Source: Chrysomallon squamiferum
Lineage: Eukaryota; Animalia; Mollusca
NCBI GenBank assembly: GCA_012295275.1
Contig: CM022672.1
Span: 186,001 to 250,000 of the forward strand
DNA: 64,000 nucleotides
Direction: 5' to 3'
Position 1 is the first letter of the stretch; each line of letters opens with the position of its first letter. The position numbers were made by a program, and so were the translations under genes. The notes beneath the pieces were generated by a model that was given only the letters and a program-made list of their open reading frames with translations, searched no databases and had not been told where the DNA came from. Shown here piece after piece: positions 61,701 through 64,000 of the stretch.

Positions 61701-63962
61701 CATTTGATGGAGACAAGTCAAATGATTTTATCAAGTTGGATGGAAAGCTGTATGGAGGAAATCAGAAACGACCTGATGACTTCACTAGTAGCTGGAGGTT
61801 AGTGATCATTACTATTTCTCAGAAAATGTTTTGTTCATATTATTTGTTTTTCAATTATTATTTAATCTGGTGGAATGAAGTAACTAACTGTTGTTGCATG
61901 ACCTTTCAACCAATAGAAAAAAAATCATTACCCCACTCTGCAGTAATTATAATTTTTTGAATGTCAAAAATTGAAGATTTCACTTAGAATGAAATACTTA
62001 AGTGAATTATTACAGCAAAAGTTTGCTCTAATAGAAAATGGTAATCTTTCATTATTATATTTCATAGTTGTATTTATGTTGTATACAGCAGTTTGCACAG
62101 TTAGATTAATGCCATAATTCTGTTTTTTATTTTAAATTTGTACCATAATTTTGACAGTGTGCAGATATAAAGAACAATACTTGTGTTGTATAATTATATT
62201 GTACTGTAATTGTACAGGGTGGCTTCACAGGACAGTTTTTACAATGGGAAATGTTTGGACACCAAAGATGTGAAAGAATCAGATGAGGTTGTGTACTGTG
62301 ACTGTCTGCAGAACAGGAAGAAGATGTGTGCAGCTAACATGGATGTCATGTCTTGTACTCACAGCAAAACTAAAAGTCTTAAAAAGGGTTAGAAACATGC
62401 AGTCTTTGATCTTAATAATCATCATGTTTAAGATTGTGTATGCTATTTATAAATAAAAGTCTCTCTCATGCATGTTTACACTCAGTAATATAGTCTTAAT
62501 AAGAAGCAAATATTCAGTTAGTAAAACATTTTAACAGTTTGCTGTTTTCTGATGAGTTTTGTTAATTACAGGTGCAGTTGACATCACAGAGTCTCTAGTT
62601 TCTGTTGCCAAGAAGATTGATGTGTGTATTCCTACACAACAAGTAGTGCAGTGGGAGTTTGATGTCAATTACAAACCTGGGGTAACCTACTTCATACTGT
62701 CTTACAATGCTCTCTGATTAAAATATTTTTGTGTGAAAACCTTAATTTGCTAAACAAGCTAATGTTTAATAAGAAATATACTTCCTAAGTCAGTAGTCAC
62801 AGCCAATCAGAAACCAGTTTGCATCAATCGACAAGAACAAAATAAATAGTACTTTAATTTTGTAAATATCTGATTATCACACAAATGTTTTATTTTAAAA
62901 TATAAATAATAAATTAGGAGTTCACATGGCCTACTGCTGGGAAGATCACCAGGGAAAGAGCTGTGGCTGCTTGCAATGCTGTCGTGGAAGCTTCTGCTGC
63001 TGCCAAGTCATGTAAAAGTCTGGTTTCCGTGGATGTTCAATTCAGTTTGGACTCATGCATTGAAGATATTCAGGTAATTTAATAACAAAACGTGAAATAC
63101 AATTCTCTCTATGCTTTTTAAATTGTTTGTTTGTTTATTTCTTCATTTATACTGAATATACTTTATTATTTATGTTTAAATTTCTTTTTGGTCTTCATAT
63201 TATTTATTTATTTATTTATTTAATGATTTAATGATTTATTTATTAAACTGTTTATTTATTTATTTGTTTACTTTTTGTTTGTTTTTGTTTATTTGTTTAT
63301 TTCTTATCTACAGATACTAGACAGTTTGGAGTGGGTGAGTTTAATGTTGGACAACATCATTTTAAACTGTGAGGTGGAACTCAGCATCAACATTGACTTG
63401 TGGATTACATCAGACAAAACAGGAACAGTGCAGTTACCAAACTTTGCCAACCATATATGTACTGATGACTGCAACAAGGGAACATGCATCAGTGGTAAAT
63501 ATCACTTAATAAATATCACAAATAATTATATAAATATGTTATCTGTTTGTAATATCACATAAATATTTACCATTAGTAAACTAAAATAATAAAAATATAT
63601 ATATATATATATATATATATGGACTTTTTAGTTACTTGGTTAAAAAGAGAAGATGTATTTGTTTAATTCTTTCATACATGATACATTATGAAAGTGTGTT
63701 TAAAAATATAATAGTTAACTGACATAAAACAAAACAAAACATTCTGATATAATTAATTTCCTGTTTTATATCAGGTGTATGTACATGTAACGATGGGTGG
63801 ACAGGTGCTGTGTGTGATATCTCAAGTGATGCCTCACCCCAGATTGTGTCTCTAGCCACGCCTGTGTGTGACATTCGTGAAGCTGAGTGTACAGAGGTCA
63901 TAGTGTATGGTCTGCAGTTTGCTCAGTCAGATCAACTCACTTGTCATCTGATTTCATCAGAT
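968..63962 (+). CDS. VWDE: Giant multi-exon gene (partial, open at both ends) encoding a tandem multi-module VWDE-like secreted/extracellular protein with interspersed PAN/Apple and LamG-like domains
   Basis: About 120 exons bounded by AG/GT. Intron phases are consistent from module to module and no terminal exon lies between modules. Recurrent motifs: C-x-S-x-NDPH-x-TTFDG, EGEF-x-LY-x-H-x-TLPYE, CNCAVAV-x-GDDV-x-IDRC, LPTG, GLCG-x-FD, WPT, C-x-C-xx-G-xx-G-x-DCS. The VWDE family call comes from motif recognition; one-to-one orthology is not established. Confidence 0.8.
1817..2592. repeat. Intronic minisatellite, ~28-31 bp unit (catctacacagtgtcagtagtgagcacaatg)
   Basis: About 25 copies starting just after the donor at 1801, degenerating distally. 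Confidence 0.95.
2729..2743 (+). CDS. Candidate 15-nt phase-1 symmetric microexon (DDKQS)
   Basis: tttgtttcacag|ATGATAAACAATCAG|gtaagc. Strong splice sites on both sides; frame-preserving between exons 1641-1801 and 3083-3195. Confidence 0.6.
3893..4204. mobile_element. Short non-autonomous hAT (Charlie-like) DNA transposon / MITE
   Basis: Imperfect terminal inverted repeats (ttttcaacct ... aggttgaaaaccagtg), an internal gggggttgcgacccc hairpin typical of hAT MITEs, and ctttaaa on both flanks (likely target-site duplication). Confidence 0.6.
4555..4860. repeat. Tandem copies of splice acceptor plus exon start (gtatgttatttgttttgtgacag|gtgtctgtgtg...)
   Basis: Three to four decoy copies precede the true acceptor at 4837/4838. 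Confidence 0.9.
5105..5196. repeat. (TG)n / (TATG)n microsatellite
   Basis: Seen directly. Confidence 0.95.
5562..5952. repeat. AC/AT-rich degenerate minisatellite (cactaatacacatacatata)
   Basis: Repeated ~20-bp unit. It resumes after the Tigger copy at 6651, so the element inserted into this repeat. Confidence 0.85.
5953..6650 (-). mobile_element. Internally deleted Tigger/pogo (Tc1/mariner superfamily) element, copy A
   Basis: TA target duplication on both sides; TIRs cagtg-taccttgacttac / ataagtcaaggtaccattg. The minus strand carries a degenerate transposase N-terminus with frameshifts (SAKDSPEKKKWMMSIELTHEI...VVDLARQYEHSTSTICTI...KQKESIKAITPAKGIKIIS), an HTH DNA-binding region. Confidence 0.85.
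6909..7544 (+). mobile_element. Internally deleted Tigger/pogo element, copy B (inverted relative to copy A, 3' TIR truncated)
   Basis: Starts cagtggtagttcgacttatg. Contains MDPKKVSAKDSAEKKK* at 7142. Its 3' part (ggggctggaatggattaatggtatttc...) is the reverse complement of 5970-6076. Confidence 0.82.
8006..8269 (+). CDS. PAN/Apple domain exon 1
   Basis: 264-nt phase 1-1 exon: PCLNSAVKW...AIAFHNQKSVANVSQSEDCRKLCLQETYFLCRSIDFSSESQVCHLS...YEEWSC. The Cys spacing is PAN-type. Confidence 0.88.
8671..8916 (+). CDS. PAN/Apple domain exon 2
   Basis: 246-nt phase 1-1 exon: RCAG...TADICQQLCDSDEACTSVKFHPARGICILS...WQYQKRIC. Confidence 0.85.
9068..18998 (+). CDS. VWDE-like module 2 (complete, 15 exons)
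   Basis: Exons 9068-9294, 9835-9927, 10038-10454, 12620-12696 (CMSINDPHMTTFDG), 13120-13183, 13309-13515, 13792-13903, 14164-14296, 14471-14619, 14759-14877, 15269-15427, 15749-15938, 16136-16326, 17297-17512, 18884-18998. Confidence 0.9.
9325..9845. repeat. Minisatellite made of the splice acceptor plus exon start (aatgtgtttgtgtttgcag|gttcagtgtg)
   Basis: More than 10 copies with a ~35-bp unit. The last copy is the true acceptor of exon 9835-9927. Confidence 0.93.
10455..12292. repeat. ~1.8-kb intronic minisatellite, 21-27 bp unit (attactactactcatttcactggt[agt])
   Basis: Dozens of copies starting immediately after the donor at 10454. Confidence 0.96.
14878..15165. repeat. 27-bp minisatellite (atcattatctttcttaaacattgttat)
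   Basis: About 10 copies following the donor at 14877. Confidence 0.9.
16372..17296. repeat. ~24-26 bp minisatellite (cacactgtattatcatgttatagt)
   Basis: About 35 copies filling the intron up to the acceptor at 17296. Confidence 0.95.
17800..18887. repeat. Compound minisatellite: constant acceptor block (cagtttactgttgtgatcttaatgatatgatatactttag|gaca) plus variable (TG/TA)n
   Basis: About 14 copies. The last copy is the true acceptor of exon 18884-18998. Confidence 0.93.
19238..19510 (+). CDS. PAN/Apple domain exon 3
   Basis: 273-nt phase 1-1 exon: SCQSLELVW...YERCHQACLEKYSSPYVCSSISVNKTSKTCQLS...MEYHEWMC. Confidence 0.87.
19912..20175 (+). CDS. PAN/Apple domain exon 4
   Basis: 264-nt phase 1-1 exon: PCDKHGITW...AILGHNQRVISNVSLASECRRLCLQETSFLCRSLEF...KCSLS...YEEWTC. 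Clearly paralogous to the exon at 8006-8269. Confidence 0.88.
20607..27868 (+). CDS. VWDE-like module 3 (15 exons; DPH motif lost, EGF altered, one apparent frame problem)
   Basis: Exons 20607-20848, 21244-21336, 21598-21993, 22275-22351 (CKSVGSSHITTFDG), 22664-22727, 23125-23334, 23596-23707, 24104-24167, 24306-24472, 25340-25440, 25718-25870, 26124-26295, 26620-26807, ~26969-27182, 27754-27868. Confidence 0.87.
22890..23052. repeat. ~55-bp tandem repeat x3
   Basis: ttaacagtaagaagataacattcatcaactctttgtaaaacacatcagcta repeated. Confidence 0.88.
24465..25298. repeat. Minisatellite cluster (acatcagtatcatctc...)
   Basis: Starts from the exon end and donor acatcag|gtatcatctc; later forms higher-order units. 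Confidence 0.9.
25441..25645. repeat. ~31-bp minisatellite (tttgtttacatataaaacatgtttagtctgta)
   Basis: About 6 copies starting at the donor at 25440. Confidence 0.85.
27149..27486. repeat. 53-bp tandem repeat of exon 3' end plus splice donor (...tgtaaacttacg|gtaaatgtaaaatatgtaaa)
   Basis: About 6 copies. The first copy is the true end of the exon at 27182. Confidence 0.95.
28106..34601 (+). CDS. VWDE-like module 4 (two exons disrupted in this sequence)
   Basis: Exons 28106-28332, 28843-28935, 29289-29672, 29829-29905 (NDPH), 30266-30329, 30551-30763, 31178-31289, 31532-31625, scrambled exon ~31983-32282, 32529-32620, 32727-32885, 33248-33431, 33662-33849, 34051-34257, 34468-34601 (frameshifted). 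Confidence 0.85.
34645..34750. repeat. (TA)n(GA)n(TG)n compound microsatellite
   Basis: Seen directly. Confidence 0.95.
35003..41845 (+). CDS. VWDE-like module 5 (complete, 15 exons)
   Basis: Exons 35003-35232, 36184-36276, 36667-37068, 37230-37306 (NDPH), 37603-37666, 37983-38195, 38325-38436, 38665-38770, 39012-39178, 39462-39553, 39783-39941, 40167-40350, 40833-41026, 41271-41480, 41731-41845. Confidence 0.9.
35395..35955. repeat. ~31-bp minisatellite (taatttagtaactaatcatgccatagtccaa)
   Basis: About 17 degenerate copies. Confidence 0.9.
42280..49565 (+). CDS. VWDE-like module 6 (14 exons; one fused exon, one GC-AG intron)
   Basis: Exons 42280-42503, 42647-42739, 43011-43412, 44161-44237 (NDPH), 44355-44418, 44633-44839, 45318-45429, 45740-45848, 46226-46392, 46710-46981, 48008-48188, 48282-48475, 48999-49202, 49451-49565. 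Confidence 0.9.
43480..44142. repeat. 42-bp minisatellite (tgacagtttgttacatgtatctaatgtttgacagtgtaagcatcc)
   Basis: About 15-16 copies. It produces the periodic ORFs 43456-43917 and 43463-43801. Confidence 0.96.
44845..44996. repeat. 30-bp minisatellite (aattcaacctcagtttgtcacagtgttcta)
   Basis: Five copies directly after the donor at 44839. Confidence 0.9.
44997..45353. repeat. 53-bp tandem repeat of acceptor plus first ~36 nt of exon (aatgtatattgcag|gtgtatttacctactggtacatacgtggttgtgaag)
   Basis: Seven copies. The last is the true start of exon 45318-45429 (VYLPTGTYVVVK). Confidence 0.95.
47120..47950. repeat. AT-rich minisatellite (ttttacaagatttaagataataataaagta...)
   Basis: About 25 degenerate units of ~30 bp. 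Confidence 0.9.
49672..49726. repeat. (TTA)n microsatellite
   Basis: Seen directly. Confidence 0.95.
49982..50617 (+). CDS. LamG-like / concanavalin A-like (pentraxin-fold) domain exon 1
   Basis: 636-nt phase 1-1 exon: GKGGDYAISLN...CSVGFLFKFYIKF...YILTTGG...GIAVYY...IYFTVST...WTV...VSWSKTLGLEVDVNG...LVIGG. Beta-strand pattern of LamG_3-type domains. Confidence 0.78.
50727..57187 (+). CDS. VWDE-like module 7 (16 exons; one extra intron)
   Basis: Exons 50727-50953, 51264-51356, 51567-51790, 51922-52090, 52548-52624 (NDPH), 52713-52776, 53102-53311, 53579-53690, 53850-53958, 54090-54262, 54537-54643, 55049-55204, 55642-55819, 56158-56348, 56780-56989, 57073-57187. Confidence 0.9.
50922..51210. 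repeat. Degenerate ~39-bp tandem copies of exon end plus donor (tgaatacacagcctgggaatatggaactaat|gtaagt)
   Basis: Intronic copies such as tgaatacagtctgaaagtatgaaattaatgtaagt and tgaatacagcctggcagtatgaaacta. Confidence 0.8.
52096..52385. repeat. 27-bp minisatellite (ctactggttaattacagtatctcacaa)
   Basis: About 10 copies after the donor at 52090. Confidence 0.93.
55372..55641. repeat. ~60-bp tandem repeat ending in a splice acceptor (…gtgttcatagtgtgttatttgcag)
   Basis: Four to five copies. The last is the true acceptor of exon 55642-55819. Confidence 0.9.
57188..58015. repeat. ~31-bp minisatellite containing a donor-like motif (ctgtaagtagtgaatctgtgtcaatatagaa)
   Basis: About 25 copies. They share gtaagtagtg with the true donor at 57188. 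Confidence 0.92.
58077..58714 (+). CDS. LamG-like / concanavalin A-like domain exon 2
   Basis: GPTGAKALLLDGKHDFVDFGNMSDSCLGNLALCKFGLTVSF...YIFSSG...GMAMWW...FSWSQQAGLSLYFNG...FYFG. The 5' boundary is ambiguous (58077 or 58085). Confidence 0.8.
58974..63962 (+). CDS. VWDE-like module 8 (runs off window; first two exons fused)
   Basis: Exons 58974-59284, 59470-59853, 60261-60337 (CLSVGDPHFTTFD), 60481-60544, 60738-60944, 61074-61185, 61689-61797, 62218-62387, 62572-62681, 62918-63073, 63314-63494, 63775-63962. Confidence 0.88.
61155..61375. repeat. Degenerate tandem copies of exon end plus donor (cttcatgaatacagaag|gtaaac)
   Basis: The true donor is at 61185; copies lie near 61253, 61308 and 61363. 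Confidence 0.85.
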
Positions 63963-63967
63963 GTAAG

Positions 63968-63969
<2 letters not shown>

Positions 63970-64000
<31 letters not shown>
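63970..64000. repeat. (TC)n microsatellite
   Basis: Seen directly; runs off the window end. Confidence 0.95.

Noticed and set aside
10034-63901. Many short minus-strand ORFs overlapping exons (e.g. 10034-10369, 23139-23333, 44644-44847, 58966-59316)
   Set aside because: Antisense shadows of plus-strand coding exons, with no recognisable motifs.
968-63962. Interpretation as a cluster of separate VWDE paralogs, or as FCGBP, zonadhesin or mucin
   Set aside because: No start/signal-peptide or stop exons lie between modules, the linkers are short phase-compatible introns, and I saw no TIL or PTS domains. The module motifs fit the VWDE cassette.

Overview
AT-rich, CpG-depleted eukaryotic genomic DNA from an invertebrate metazoan, probably a lophotrochozoan such as a mollusc (taxon is inference). 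Almost the whole 64 kb is the interior of one very large plus-strand multi-exon gene. I traced about 120 exons by hand from splice sites and reading phase; no start or terminal exon lies in the window. It encodes at least 8 diverged tandem copies of a ~800-aa, 15-exon module matching the core of VWDE (von Willebrand factor D and EGF domain-containing) proteins: Ig-like region, VWD (xDPH..TFDG, CNCAVAV, GLCG), C8-like WPT region, EGF and a Cys-rich tail. Single-exon PAN/Apple domains (4) and LamG/ConA-like domains (2) sit between some modules. About 6,500-7,000 aa are encoded in the window. Introns hold many minisatellites, and a striking number are tandem copies of the adjacent splice site, sometimes with the exon edge. 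There are also two head-to-head Tigger/pogo remnants and a hAT-like MITE. Four exons show apparent frame disruptions that may be assembly errors. No prokaryotic features, CRISPR arrays, rRNA or tRNA genes were seen.
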